Positions 38,428-47,957 of a DNA stretch of 64,000 nt are shown here, one piece after another. The DNA is from Nitrosopumilaceae archaeon. GTDB lineage: Archaea; Thermoproteota; Nitrososphaeria; Nitrososphaerales; Nitrosopumilaceae. The stretch lies in the NCBI GenBank assembly GCA_965214835.1, contig CBDCCK010000002.1, positions 1,120,001 through 1,184,000 on the forward strand. Direction: 5' to 3'. The notes beneath the pieces are model-generated. The model did not search any database. It saw only the letters and a program-made list of their open reading frames with translations, and was not told where the DNA came from. How positions within the stretch are numbered: the first letter of the stretch is position 1; each line of letters opens with the position of its first letter. The translations under genes and the position numbers were made by a program.

Positions 38428-39263
38428 GGTCGCTGATGATACAGGGCACGTCCTCCGGCGCGGGAAAGACGACGATGGCAGCTGCCCTTTGCAGAATCTT
38501 CTCAGACCGGGGATATGATGTGGTGCCGTTCAAGTCCCAGAACATGTCAAACTTTGGCTATGCCACGCCCGACTTTGAGATATCACGTGCCCAGGCAGTC
38601 CAGGCAATAGCTGCTAGGTGCGAGATTGTGCCTGACCTGAATCCGATAATGCTCAAGCCTCTGGGAAATTACTATAGCGCGGTGTATCTCAACGGCAGGC
38701 GCTACGGGAAGATGCACGCAAAAGAATACTATGCAAAGTTTGTAAAAAAGCAGGGAATCCGGGCGGCAGCCGATTCTCTGGACAGGCTGAGGAAAAACCA
38801 TGATCTGGTGATCCTAGAGGGCGCCGGCTCTCCCGCTGAAATAAACCTGCAGCAATACGACATTGCAAACATGCAGATGGCCCGCCGGGCCGGGGCCTCG
38901 GTAATCCTGGTATCGGACATCGACAGGGGCGGCGCGTTTGCAAGCCTGGCAGGCACCATGGCGCTAGTCGAGAAAAAATACCAAAAACTGGTCAAGGGGT
39001 TTGTGTTCAACAAGTTTCGCGGCGACATTGGTGTTCTAAAGCCCGGATACAGGAGGCTCAGTGCAATCACAAAGGTTCCGGTCTTGGGCACCGTTCCACT
39101 GATCAAAACGGGCCTGCCGGAGGAGGATTCCCTTGGTGCAAGGCCCAAAAAGGTCGCATGGACCAAGCAAAATGTCGCAAAAATCGACAAAAGCATAGGC
39201 AAGCTGGCAAAAACTGTAAAGGACAGCCTGGACATACGGGCAGTTGAGAGGATGATAAAATGA
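38424..39263 (+). CDS. cobQ: Cobyric acid synthase, short form without a glutaminase domain
   Basis: IQGTSSGAGKT, FKSQNMS, EGAGSPAEINL, DIDRGG and NKFRGD; only 279 aa. Confidence 0.88.
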   Translation: MRSLMIQGTSSGAGKTTMAAALCRIFSDRGYDVVPFKSQNMSNFGYATPDFEISRAQAVQAIAARCEIVPDLNPIMLKPLGNYYSAVYLNGRRYGKMHAKEYYAKFVKKQGIRAAADSLDRLRKNHDLVILEGAGSPAEINLQQYDIANMQMARRAGASVILVSDIDRGGAFASLAGTMALVEKKYQKLVKGFVFNKFRGDIGVLKPGYRRLSAITKVPVLGTVPLIKTGLPEEDSLGARPKKVAWTKQNVAKIDKSIGKLAKTVKDSLDIRAVERMIK

Positions 39264-40222
39264 TTGCAGAGTCCATAGTCATTGCAGCGTCTGCTGTGGG
39301 ACTGGATCTTGCATTCGGTGATCCCCGCAGCAGATACCACCCGACGGCATGGGTTGGGTCCGTAATAGCAAGGATCACTCCGATGGCCAGGCATCAAAAC
39401 CGGACCGTTGAAAGGATTGGCGGGATCCTTGTAATCGGAATCACCGTGGGAGCAGTCCTGACGATCCTTGCAGCATTGTATCTTGGAGTATCGATTCTTA
39501 CCTCCGGGTGGATGACCATTGCAGTCTTGACTATCGCAGGCTCGCTGCTTCTCAAAAGCACCGTTGCCATACGGGGCATGGAGCGACATGCGCTGGCAGT
39601 GATGGATTCTCTGGACCAGAACAACCTGGATTCGGCACGTGCAAGCCTGTCCATGATTGTCAAGCGCGACACCAAGAGTCTGGACAAAAGCCACGTCATT
39701 TCAGGCGTGCTTGAGAGCATCAGCGAGAATACCGTGGATGGCATAACCGGGCCGCTGTTCTACTTTGCAGTATTTGGCATACCGGGGGCGTTTGTATACC
39801 GCGTGGTAAACACCGCAGACTCTATGATCGGATACCAAAACAGCATCTTCAGGAATGTGGGCTGGTTTGCCGCCAAATGCGACACGCTACTGAATTACAT
39901 TCCATCCCGACTTACGGGACTGGTCATGATACTGTCGGTTGCAGCAATGGGGCACGACTGGCGCGCGTCCTATGGCGTGATGATTCGTGACGCCAAAAAG
40001 ACCTCTAGCACAAATGCAGGATATCCCATGGCTGCACTGGCAGGCGCGATTGGGGCAAGATTTGAAAAAATCAACCACTACAAGCTAGGGGACGGAGGCA
40101 CTGAATTAAAAAAACAGCACGTAAAGTTTGCAATCACGGTAATGAAGATCACCTCGCTTCTGTTCTTGGCGATCATCACCGTGCCGGCTATTCTGGCCCT
40201 GGGGGCGCTTTTCAATGCTTAG
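39260..40222 (+). CDS. cbiB: Adenosylcobinamide-phosphate synthase
   Basis: GDP...HP, ESISENTVDG, YRVVNTADSMIGY and S.NAGYP. Confidence 0.92.
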   Translation: MIAESIVIAASAVGLDLAFGDPRSRYHPTAWVGSVIARITPMARHQNRTVERIGGILVIGITVGAVLTILAALYLGVSILTSGWMTIAVLTIAGSLLLKSTVAIRGMERHALAVMDSLDQNNLDSARASLSMIVKRDTKSLDKSHVISGVLESISENTVDGITGPLFYFAVFGIPGAFVYRVVNTADSMIGYQNSIFRNVGWFAAKCDTLLNYIPSRLTGLVMILSVAAMGHDWRASYGVMIRDAKKTSSTNAGYPMAALAGAIGARFEKINHYKLGDGGTELKKQHVKFAITVMKITSLLFLAIITVPAILALGALFNA

Positions 40223-40940
40223 GGAGGTGGGCTCTGTCTTTTCATTTCTGACAATCCTTCCCTCGCCTGGCGGCACGCTGGAGAGCACTGCGAGATACAT
40301 GTGGCTCTTTCCCGTAGTCGGCATTGCAGTAGGCCTGCTGGCAGGTTCCGTGGGTCTTGGGTTATCCGGGTTCATGGATCCGCTGCTGGTAGGCCTGCTG
40401 GTTGTGGCGTCCCTGGCCATAGCTACGGGGATTCACCACGCAGACGGGCTGGCAGACTTTGCAGACGGACTGATGGCAGGTGGATCCCGAGAGAAAAGGC
40501 TCAAGGCAATGAGGGACATCTCGACGGGCTCGGCAGGAACAGTCGGAATCGTCCTGTATCTTGTCGGGCTGGTAATCACAATATCGCTTACCGGCGGGCT
40601 TGATCTGTTCCGGGCCGTCCTGATCTCGGAGGTTCTGGCAAAGTTCTCGATGGTTCTCATGGCAGGCCTGGGAAGCTCTGCGGCCGCCGGCTCCGGCTCC
40701 CCGTTTGTGAGCATGATGAGGGACAGGCGGAGGCTGGCCGCCGCATTTGTAATCATGCTAGTCCCGGTTTCCGTGATTGGCGGGACAACAGGGCTGGCAA
40801 TGCTGGGAGCAACAGTGGCACTCACGCTCCTGGTGCTGGCCGTCTCCACGCGCAGCTTTGGCGGAGTTACCGGGGATGTCATGGGCGCCACAAACGAGCT
40901 TGCGCGCCTGGCCTCACTGGTGGTGTTTGTCACGATATGA
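40215..40940 (+). CDS. cobS: Adenosylcobinamide-GDP ribazoletransferase
   Basis: FLTILP, TGIHHADGLADFADG, AMRD...G and FGGVTGDVMGA..E. Confidence 0.94.
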   Translation: MLREVGSVFSFLTILPSPGGTLESTARYMWLFPVVGIAVGLLAGSVGLGLSGFMDPLLVGLLVVASLAIATGIHHADGLADFADGLMAGGSREKRLKAMRDISTGSAGTVGIVLYLVGLVITISLTGGLDLFRAVLISEVLAKFSMVLMAGLGSSAAAGSGSPFVSMMRDRRRLAAAFVIMLVPVSVIGGTTGLAMLGATVALTLLVLAVSTRSFGGVTGDVMGATNELARLASLVVFVTI

Positions 40941-41521
40941 TGGGCATAGTGATGGCCGGGGGAAGGGGCTCTAGAATGAAGGCAGGCGGCGAGAAGCTCC
41001 TGCTCCGATACAAAAAGCCGGTAATCATGCACGTGCTTGACGCGCTAGGCGCCTCGGGCTGCTTTGACCAAATCAAGGCCGCAGTATCCCCCAACTCCCC
41101 TGGAACGCAGGAATATCTGCGGCAGCACAACATCGGTGTTGTGGAGACCCCGGGCCTAGGATATGCTGAGGACCTTGCACGGATCCTGCAGTCCGCTGAC
41201 GATGACGTGCTGGTAAGCTCAGGCGACCTGCCGCTTTTGGACGGCGAGATCATACGGGAGATCGTCTCAATGTACGATGCAGACAAAACATGGATCAGCC
41301 TCGTAGTGACCAAGAGGTTCCTAGAGTCCCTTGGGCTGTCGCCGGGCCCCTCCGCCGTCGTGGGAGGGCAGGACTGCATCCATACTGGGATATCCGTCAT
41401 CAATGCACGAAGCATACCGGATGGCAGGCCGGTAGCCGAGGATCATGTAATCCTGGATGACAAGAGAGTCGCCTTTAACATGAACACGAAGCGGGACTAT
41501 GATCTACTCGGCACTGCCTGA
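40937..41521 (+). CDS. cobY: Adenosylcobinamide-phosphate guanylyltransferase
   Basis: MAGGRGSRM, EKLL, AVSPN, TPG.GY.EDL and FNMNT..D. Confidence 0.88.
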   Translation: MMGIVMAGGRGSRMKAGGEKLLLRYKKPVIMHVLDALGASGCFDQIKAAVSPNSPGTQEYLRQHNIGVVETPGLGYAEDLARILQSADDDVLVSSGDLPLLDGEIIREIVSMYDADKTWISLVVTKRFLESLGLSPGPSAVVGGQDCIHTGISVINARSIPDGRPVAEDHVILDDKRVAFNMNTKRDYDLLGTA

Positions 41522-41701
41522 GATCTTGCCGTTAATCCTTGCCAGGGATCCTGTCGGTCTTGCAATTACGTTGCCGCAAGAGTTGCACGTGATCTCGGTC
41601 GTGACGTGGGAGTATACGACCTGCTGCTCGCCGCACTCGTTGCAGTTGACCTTGTTGAACTTGCTGTTTGGCTTTGGGGTGGGAATGTGCGTCCTCTTCA
41701 T
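41504..41701 (-). CDS. rps27e: 30S ribosomal protein S27e
   Basis: P.SKF.KV.C.ECG.QQVVYSH...C.SCG..IA.PTG. Confidence 0.96.
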   Translation of the reverse strand: MKRTHIPTPKPNSKFNKVNCNECGEQQVVYSHVTTEITCNSCGNVIARPTGSLARINGKISGSAE

Positions 41702-41979
41702 GCTGCCACCAACTCGAACCTTTTAATCCTGATGCCGTACTTGTTGAACTTTTTTTTGCACAAGGTGCATGTCAGCATCGGGGTTACCTTCTTTGTGACC
41801 TTGGCCGGCTTTGCCAGCTTTGGGAATTTCTGGCCGCCATACCCCTGCTTGCGCTCTGCATGCCTGCGCTCGCCTCTTGCCGAGCCGCGTCTCTTTCCTG
41901 CCTTGTAGATCGAGATCTTCTGCTCTGTGTGGGTCTTGCACTTTGGGCAGTACTTGCGTACCACCTTGGGTATGTTCAT
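41698..41979 (-). CDS. rpl44e: 50S ribosomal protein L44e
   Basis: PK..RKYCPKCKTHT, GERR, GYGGQKFP and KVTKK. Confidence 0.97.
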   Translation of the reverse strand: MNIPKVVRKYCPKCKTHTEQKISIYKAGKRRGSARGERRHAERKQGYGGQKFPKLAKPAKVTKKVTPMLTCTLCKKKFNKYGIRIKRFELVAA

Positions 41980-42163
41980 ACCGATTAGGCCGCCCCTGCC
42001 GTAATTTAAGCATTGAATCGTAGCAGCCCGGGCTTGAAGTGATTTACGATTTTAGGCATGAATTACATCTGCAAAGGTTTCTTTGGCGGTAAAATTCACG
42101 CCTGAACCTCCAGAGCAAGCTGTCACATTGAATCTATAATAGGCTCAAGCCCCCATTTGACTT

Positions 42164-43927
42164 GTGACAACCAAACTTGCCAGCGCAATCTCGTCCCTTA
42201 ATGCAGTCGCAATGGGCGATGCCGCAGCCGATCTTGTACTGACAGACTGTACCGTCGTTGGCGTCTATACCCGGGAGAACATTGCCCGGTCACAGATTGC
42301 CATAGCGGGGGACAGGATCGCGTATGTCGGCCCAGATGCATCTCACACCGTCGGCCCCAAGACCGTACAGATGGATCTGGCAGGAAGATACGTCACGCCG
42401 GGATTTGCAGACCCACACATCCACATCGACCAGTTTGTGCTACCCGAGGAGCTGGCAAAAAAATCACTATTGTGCGGCGTCACAGCGCTGTTTTCGGATC
42501 CCATCGATATTGTCAGCGTGGCAGGAAATGCCGGCTTTCAGGAGTTTCTCAGGGTTTGCGGCGACCTGCCGGTCAGGATTTTCAACGTGGTTCCGGGAGG
42601 GCTGCCGGTCGACCCGAGGTTCAGTCATGGCAAGTCACTGACTGCAGCCCAGGCAAGATCTGCAGTAAGGAATCCAAACGTTTTGGGGCTGGGCGAGGTC
42701 TTCTCCTGGACCAAGGTCACGATGCGGGATCCCAAGACAATGAGGAGCCTGTCTGCGATGCTCGAGGCCGACTGCATCATCAATGGGCACACGGCGGCCG
42801 CCTCGGGGAAAAAACTCAACGCGTACGTCGCCTCGGGGATTTTGTCATGCCACGAGCCGATTGACTTTGATCAGGTGATGGAGAGGCTGCGCCTTGGCAT
42901 GTGGATTATGATCAGGGAGGGTTCCATACGCAGGGATCTCAAAGAAATAGTTCCCAGGATTCTCTCACACGGCACATACACTGACAGGCTCATGTTCTGC
43001 TCAGACGGCCTTGACCCGCATGACATCGATCATTATGGCCACATAGACCACTGCGTACGCGAGTCTGTAAGGCTCGGAATAAACCCGATCGACGCAGTTG
43101 CAATGGCATCCAAGAACTGTTTTGACTATTACAACATGGCAAAGGATCTGGGCGGCATTGCACCAGGCAAGCTTGCAGACATTCTGGTCCTTGACGACCT
43201 AAAGGGGTTCAGGCCGACCAAGGTCTTCGTCGGCGGAAGACTCGTAGTATCGGGAGGCAGGATTGTCGCAAAGTTCAAGCCAAAGAAGATCCCAAGACAG
43301 ATGAGGGACACGGTAAACCTCAGAAAACTCTCAGAAAAGGACTTTACAGTAAAATCAGACGGGGTGACCGCAACTGTAAACACGATCCACATGCTTACCG
43401 AGATCATCACAAAGCCTGGGATCGCAGAGCTCAAAACAAGGAACGGAAATGTCCTGCCATCGCCAGATCAGGACATCTGCAAGGTCGCAGCCTTTGACAG
43501 GATCGGGGGGACGGGCAGGGGCACCGTGGGCTTTTTGAGCAACCTTGGCGCCGATATTGGGGCGCTTGCCTCCACATGGAGCTTTCATGAAAACGACCTG
43601 ATGGTTATAGGCTCCAATGAAAAGGACATGGCAGCAGCTGCCAACGAGCTCGTAAGATCCCGGGGCGGCATGGTGGTGATCAGCCGGGGAAGAACAATCG
43701 CACGCATGCCGCTGCAGTTTGGAGGAATAGTCTCCACCGACCCGTTTGACGAGGTTGCCAGAAACTTTGCGGACATCAACGCATCGCTTGCAGATGCCGG
43801 ATCCAGGTTCAGGCATCCGCACCTCGTGCCATTGTTTTTGCCCTTCCTGGCACTGCCTTCGGTGCGCATTTTGCACAGCGGAATCGTGGATGTCAAGAAA
43901 AGATCGCTCGTCTCCCCCCTGGCCTGA
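42164..43927 (+). CDS. ade: Adenine deaminase
   Basis: PGFADPHIHID, GLGEV, SCHE, IREGS, CSDG and GIAPGKLAD. Confidence 0.9.
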   Translation: MTTKLASAISSLNAVAMGDAAADLVLTDCTVVGVYTRENIARSQIAIAGDRIAYVGPDASHTVGPKTVQMDLAGRYVTPGFADPHIHIDQFVLPEELAKKSLLCGVTALFSDPIDIVSVAGNAGFQEFLRVCGDLPVRIFNVVPGGLPVDPRFSHGKSLTAAQARSAVRNPNVLGLGEVFSWTKVTMRDPKTMRSLSAMLEADCIINGHTAAASGKKLNAYVASGILSCHEPIDFDQVMERLRLGMWIMIREGSIRRDLKEIVPRILSHGTYTDRLMFCSDGLDPHDIDHYGHIDHCVRESVRLGINPIDAVAMASKNCFDYYNMAKDLGGIAPGKLADILVLDDLKGFRPTKVFVGGRLVVSGGRIVAKFKPKKIPRQMRDTVNLRKLSEKDFTVKSDGVTATVNTIHMLTEIITKPGIAELKTRNGNVLPSPDQDICKVAAFDRIGGTGRGTVGFLSNLGADIGALASTWSFHENDLMVIGSNEKDMAAAANELVRSRGGMVVISRGRTIARMPLQFGGIVSTDPFDEVARNFADINASLADAGSRFRHPHLVPLFLPFLALPSVRILHSGIVDVKKRSLVSPLA

Positions 43928-43928
43928 T

Positions 43929-44007
43929 AGTCTGCCGCATAGCCCTGATTTTAGGCACAAAAAACTAGCTGTTTTTACGCGCCTAGGCGCCCGTCATGCA
44001 GCAAACC
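43929..44007 (+). repeat. Degenerate dispersed repeat / putative MITE family G, copy 2
   Basis: Aligns with 7818-7892; imperfect terminal IR agtctgccgcat...atgcagcaaacc. Confidence 0.5.
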
Positions 44008-44056
44008 GTGGCCTGAAATAATATTAAATAGGGCTATTCGTAAATTTAGCTGAAAT

Positions 44057-45697
44057 ATGGCTTCAATTCAACAAACACCGAATGGACCAGTTTTGGTTCT
44101 CAAGGAGAGCGCACTCCAGCAAAAAGGAAGGGATGCACAGGAAAACAACATTGCAGCGGCAAAGCTGGTTGCAGAACTAGTCAGAACAAGTCTGGGCCCG
44201 AGGGGGCTAGACAAGATGCTAGTTGACTCCTTAGGGGACGTGACAATTACCAATGATGGCGCTACCATTCTCAAGGAAATCGACGTCCAGCATCCGGCGG
44301 CAAAGATGATGGTAGAGATCTCAAAGACCATCGATAATGAAGTTGGAGACGGCACCACTTCATCTGTAGTATTTGGAGGCGCGCTGCTGGCAAAGGCAAG
44401 CGAGCTAATCAAAAAGGACGTACACTCCTCGGTAATCATCGAGGGATACCAGGCAGCGGCAGAAAAGACCCTTGAAATCCTGGGCGAAATATCCAAAACG
44501 GTAAGGCCCGATGACAAGGAATCGCTCGAAAAGATCTCAACTACAAGCATGCAGTCAAAGCTGGTATCCGAGGACAGCAACATGCTCTCGCCGCTGATAG
44601 TCGACGCCGTCCTGAACATCGTAACCAAAAAGGGTGACGACTATTCGGTAGACCTTGACAACCTCAAGGTCGAAAAGAAGGCAGGCGCATCAATCCAAGA
44701 TACCAAGCTGATCAGGGGCATAGTTCTGGACAAGGAGATCGTCCACAGCGGCATGCCTACCAAGATCGAAAGGGCAAGGGTTGCACTGCTCAACACGGCA
44801 CTGGAGATTGAAAAGACCGAGATGAGCTCAGAAATCAGAATCACCGACCCGACCCAGATGCAGATGTTCCTAGAGGAGGAGAACAGGATGCTCAAGGAGA
44901 TGGTCGACAAGCTTCATGATGTAGGCGCAAACGTCGTCATATGCCAAAAGGGAATAGATGACATTGCACAACACTATCTCTCAAAGAACGGAATCTTGGC
45001 AGTAAGGCGTGTCAAGGAAAGCGACATGACAAAGCTGGCCAAGGCGACCGGCGGCAGGGTATCGACCAACATTGACGATATAACGGAAAGAGACCTGGGG
45101 ATCGCAAGCCTGGTCCACCAGTCAAAGGTAGAGTCTGACAAGTGGGTCTTCGTCGAGGGCTGCAAAAACCCCGACTCTGTGACCGTGCTCATCAGGGGCG
45201 GCTCACAAAGGGTGGTCGACGAGGTAGACCGCTCAATCCATGACGCGCTGATGGTGGTAAAGGACGTAATCGAAAAGCCGGCAATCGTAGCTGGCGGCGG
45301 GGCACCGGAGGCATATGTTGCAACGCAGCTCAAAGAGTGGGCCGACTCCTTTGACGGCAGGGAGCAGCTTGCAATCAAAAAGTATGCAGAGGCCCTTGAG
45401 ACGATTCCGCTGACCATCGCAGAGAACGCCGGAATGGATCCAATCGATACCATGGCAAACCTGAGATCAAAGCAGAGCCAGGGCAAGAAATGGACCGGAA
45501 TCGACGCAAAGAACACAAAGATTGCCGACATGCTGTCTCTTAATATCGTAGAGCCCGTCGCAGTCAAGGAGCAGATCATAAAGTCGGCAACCGAGGCCGC
45601 GACGATGATTCTGAGAATCGATGACGTCATTGCAGTCTCCGGCGCACCCGGAGGCGGCGGATCGCCTGGCGCGCCACCTGCAATGCCGGGAATGTAG
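44057..45697 (+). CDS. ths: Thermosome subunit (group II chaperonin)
   Basis: SLGPRGLDKM, ITNDGATIL, GDGTTS, AGGGAPE and ILRIDD. Confidence 0.97.
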   Translation: MASIQQTPNGPVLVLKESALQQKGRDAQENNIAAAKLVAELVRTSLGPRGLDKMLVDSLGDVTITNDGATILKEIDVQHPAAKMMVEISKTIDNEVGDGTTSSVVFGGALLAKASELIKKDVHSSVIIEGYQAAAEKTLEILGEISKTVRPDDKESLEKISTTSMQSKLVSEDSNMLSPLIVDAVLNIVTKKGDDYSVDLDNLKVEKKAGASIQDTKLIRGIVLDKEIVHSGMPTKIERARVALLNTALEIEKTEMSSEIRITDPTQMQMFLEEENRMLKEMVDKLHDVGANVVICQKGIDDIAQHYLSKNGILAVRRVKESDMTKLAKATGGRVSTNIDDITERDLGIASLVHQSKVESDKWVFVEGCKNPDSVTVLIRGGSQRVVDEVDRSIHDALMVVKDVIEKPAIVAGGGAPEAYVATQLKEWADSFDGREQLAIKKYAEALETIPLTIAENAGMDPIDTMANLRSKQSQGKKWTGIDAKNTKIADMLSLNIVEPVAVKEQIIKSATEAATMILRIDDVIAVSGAPGGGGSPGAPPAMPGM

Positions 45698-45739
45698 GCC
45701 CCATCAAGACTTAACCACACCCCCCTTCTACCTTTTGTT

Positions 45740-46597
45740 GTGAACAAGATAGGAGTCGATCTCGGCGGCACCAAGACTGAGGTAGTCCTGCTTGACGAGG
45801 ATCTGGCCACGGTATGCAGGAAAAGGATTACGACGCACAAAGGCAGCTACGATGAACTCGTCGAGTCGGTCGCAGGCCTGATCTCCGAAATCCGTACCGG
45901 CCAGTGCAGCATTGGGGTCTGTACCCCCGGTGCAGTCTCAAGGCAGACGGGCCTGATAAAAAACAGCAACACGCAGTGCATCATCGGAAGACCGCTTCGG
46001 CAGGATCTGGAGAAAAGACTGGGACAGAGTGTCGCGATGGAGAACGACGCAAACTGCTTTGCGATGGCAGAGGCCACGATGGGCGCAGCGCAGGGGTACG
46101 GCGTCGTCTTTGGCGTGATCATGGGAACCGGGGTGGGGGGCGGCATCGTAATTGACGGCCGGATTCACCGGGGCCGCACAAACATCGCGGGGGAGTGGGG
46201 CCACCACCTGCTACATGAGGGGGGAAACCCCTGCTACTGCGGACGCAGGGGATGCACAGAGACGTACATCAGCGGCCCTGCACTGGAGAGGAGATGGACG
46301 GAGCTTACGGGGCTTCACCAGTCCACCGAGGATATCGTATCTGACCTGTCAGGCCAGCATGCCAAGCAGTGGAAGGGCGAGTTCCTGGAGAACTTTGGAA
46401 CCGCGCTTGCAAACGTCATCGATATACTGGATCCGGATGTGATAGTCCTTGGCGGCGGCGTATCCAACGTATCTTTTCTGTATGATGAGGGACAGCGCGC
46501 GGTGTATGAGAGGGTCTTCAGCGATCTGGTCGACACCCCGGTGCTGCAAAACAGGCTGGGCGACTCTGCAGGGGTCTTTGGGGCCTGCCTGCTCTAG
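45740..46597 (+). CDS. ROK-family sugar kinase
   Basis: GVDLGGTK, ENDANC, GTGVGGG, GEWGH and CYCGRRGC.E. Confidence 0.92.
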   Translation: MNKIGVDLGGTKTEVVLLDEDLATVCRKRITTHKGSYDELVESVAGLISEIRTGQCSIGVCTPGAVSRQTGLIKNSNTQCIIGRPLRQDLEKRLGQSVAMENDANCFAMAEATMGAAQGYGVVFGVIMGTGVGGGIVIDGRIHRGRTNIAGEWGHHLLHEGGNPCYCGRRGCTETYISGPALERRWTELTGLHQSTEDIVSDLSGQHAKQWKGEFLENFGTALANVIDILDPDVIVLGGGVSNVSFLYDEGQRAVYERVFSDLVDTPVLQNRLGDSAGVFGACLL

Positions 46598-46851
46598 GGA
46601 CAGCCTTCCATCCTTGCAATGTGGCATCCGTCCGTCATGATGTCGATTTGTACCTCGTCGGGAACCGTCTGCGAGTGGCAGAACCTACACTCCTCTGCGG
46701 TCACCCGGGCACCCTCCTCGCCGACTGAGGCAAGCCATTTTTCTGCGTACCGAATTGCAGCCTCGACGTCGTTTTTGTCAGTTATGACATCAAAGTGCAT
46801 CACATGCCCGTCCCTTGCTATGACGTGCGTGTCAAAGACGTGAAATTCCAT
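46594..46851 (-). CDS. DUF2024-family protein
   Basis: VFDTHV...DG.VMHFDVI and ECRFCHSQ. Confidence 0.8.
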   Translation of the reverse strand: MEFHVFDTHVIARDGHVMHFDVITDKNDVEAAIRYAEKWLASVGEEGARVTAEECRFCHSQTVPDEVQIDIMTDGCHIARMEGCP

Positions 46852-47017
46852 GATTGGGACTCGTGTGTTGCGGCTTAATTAGCTTGTTTCATCTCATCTG
46901 GCACGGAGCTGGCCACTTGTCCATCGCAATCCGTAGTACGCACGCCAATAATTGGAGCATGACTTTGGCGTGTCGTGCCTGTTTTGACACAAAATGTTTG
47001 ATTTTCAGCCGTACGTA

Positions 47018-47344
47018 CTACGGTGTCGGATCAGGATGATGATATGCCGGCTCGCGGTATACCTCATCGACAATCTTTCTGACGACTTTCTGGGCGTCGG
47101 GGGGAAGCCTTCTAATGTCCACGCAGCCGTATCTGACAGCACCGAACAGCGTAGCCGGTGTAAAGTACTTGTTCTGCGCGTGCGGGGCAAACGTGTTCTT
47201 CCATCTCTTGCCAGATGATAGAATCCGTTCGAGTCTCTTATTCACAGTACGCCCCTCAACCCCCCTTCCACTTTGACCGCTATCTTGCCCATGTCTTAAA
47301 AGCAGCTCGCGCAGATACGGCGGAGTGATATCATGCAGTTTCAT
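47018..47344 (-). CDS. Hypothetical protein
   Basis: 108-aa ATG ORF with TATA-like tttaagata upstream; no recognised motif. Confidence 0.4.
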   Translation of the reverse strand: MKLHDITPPYLRELLLRHGQDSGQSGRGVEGRTVNKRLERILSSGKRWKNTFAPHAQNKYFTPATLFGAVRYGCVDIRRLPPDAQKVVRKIVDEVYREPAYHHPDPTP

Positions 47345-47511
47345 AACGGTGACTATCTGCCTCTTATCTTAAAAACAGTCCACCCCATATCCGAGTCTGC
47401 AAAATAGGTCAGAGCCAGGCGTCGCCACCCTTGCAGGACTCACTGCGGCATGCCTGAGGCACTGCCGTGATGCCGGCGGTTCCTGCCCGGACTGGCATTC
47501 CTGCCGGAAAG

Positions 47512-47955
47512 CTAGCCGCAGCACTCGCCCTTGGGAATCTCGTGATCATGGGGACATTTTCTGGGATGATCAAGCATCGTGCACAGCGCGTCTGTGAACT
47601 GCTTGTTCATGTGGTGCTCGATTCCGCAGACCATCTCCTCGTCGATCTCCACCTTTAGCGCGCTGTCCATGAGGACCTCCAGGAGCCTGCTGTTTCGCAT
47701 CATTCCTGCGCCTATCTCCTCGCCATCCTTGGTGAGGCTGACGCCTGCCTTGGTATAGTTTACCATGTTCTGGCCGCTGAGCTTTTTCAGCATCTGAACG
47801 ACGCTTGGCTGCCTTACGTTGAGCATCTTTGCAATGCTGCTGATCTTGACATCCTCCCCGCGCTCCTTGATGTGCCAGATTGCCTTGAGGTACATCTCCA
47901 CGTGCTCTGCCTCTGCCGTTCCGACAAAGAGAACCTCGTCGTTTGACGCATCCAT
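47512..47955 (-). CDS. DtxR/MntR-family metal-dependent regulator
   Basis: EMYLKAIW, PSVVQMLKKL, RLLEV, IEHH and CPH...IP. Confidence 0.92.
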   Translation of the reverse strand: MDASNDEVLFVGTAEAEHVEMYLKAIWHIKERGEDVKISSIAKMLNVRQPSVVQMLKKLSGQNMVNYTKAGVSLTKDGEEIGAGMMRNSRLLEVLMDSALKVEIDEEMVCGIEHHMNKQFTDALCTMLDHPRKCPHDHEIPKGECCG

Positions 47956-47957
47956 GA

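Noticed and set aside
5543-45840. Long antisense or overlapping ORFs (e.g. 5543-6259, 6677-7486, 18163-19293, 38729-39694, 44974-45840)
   Set aside because: These are shadows of well-conserved genes on the opposite strand with no independent motifs.
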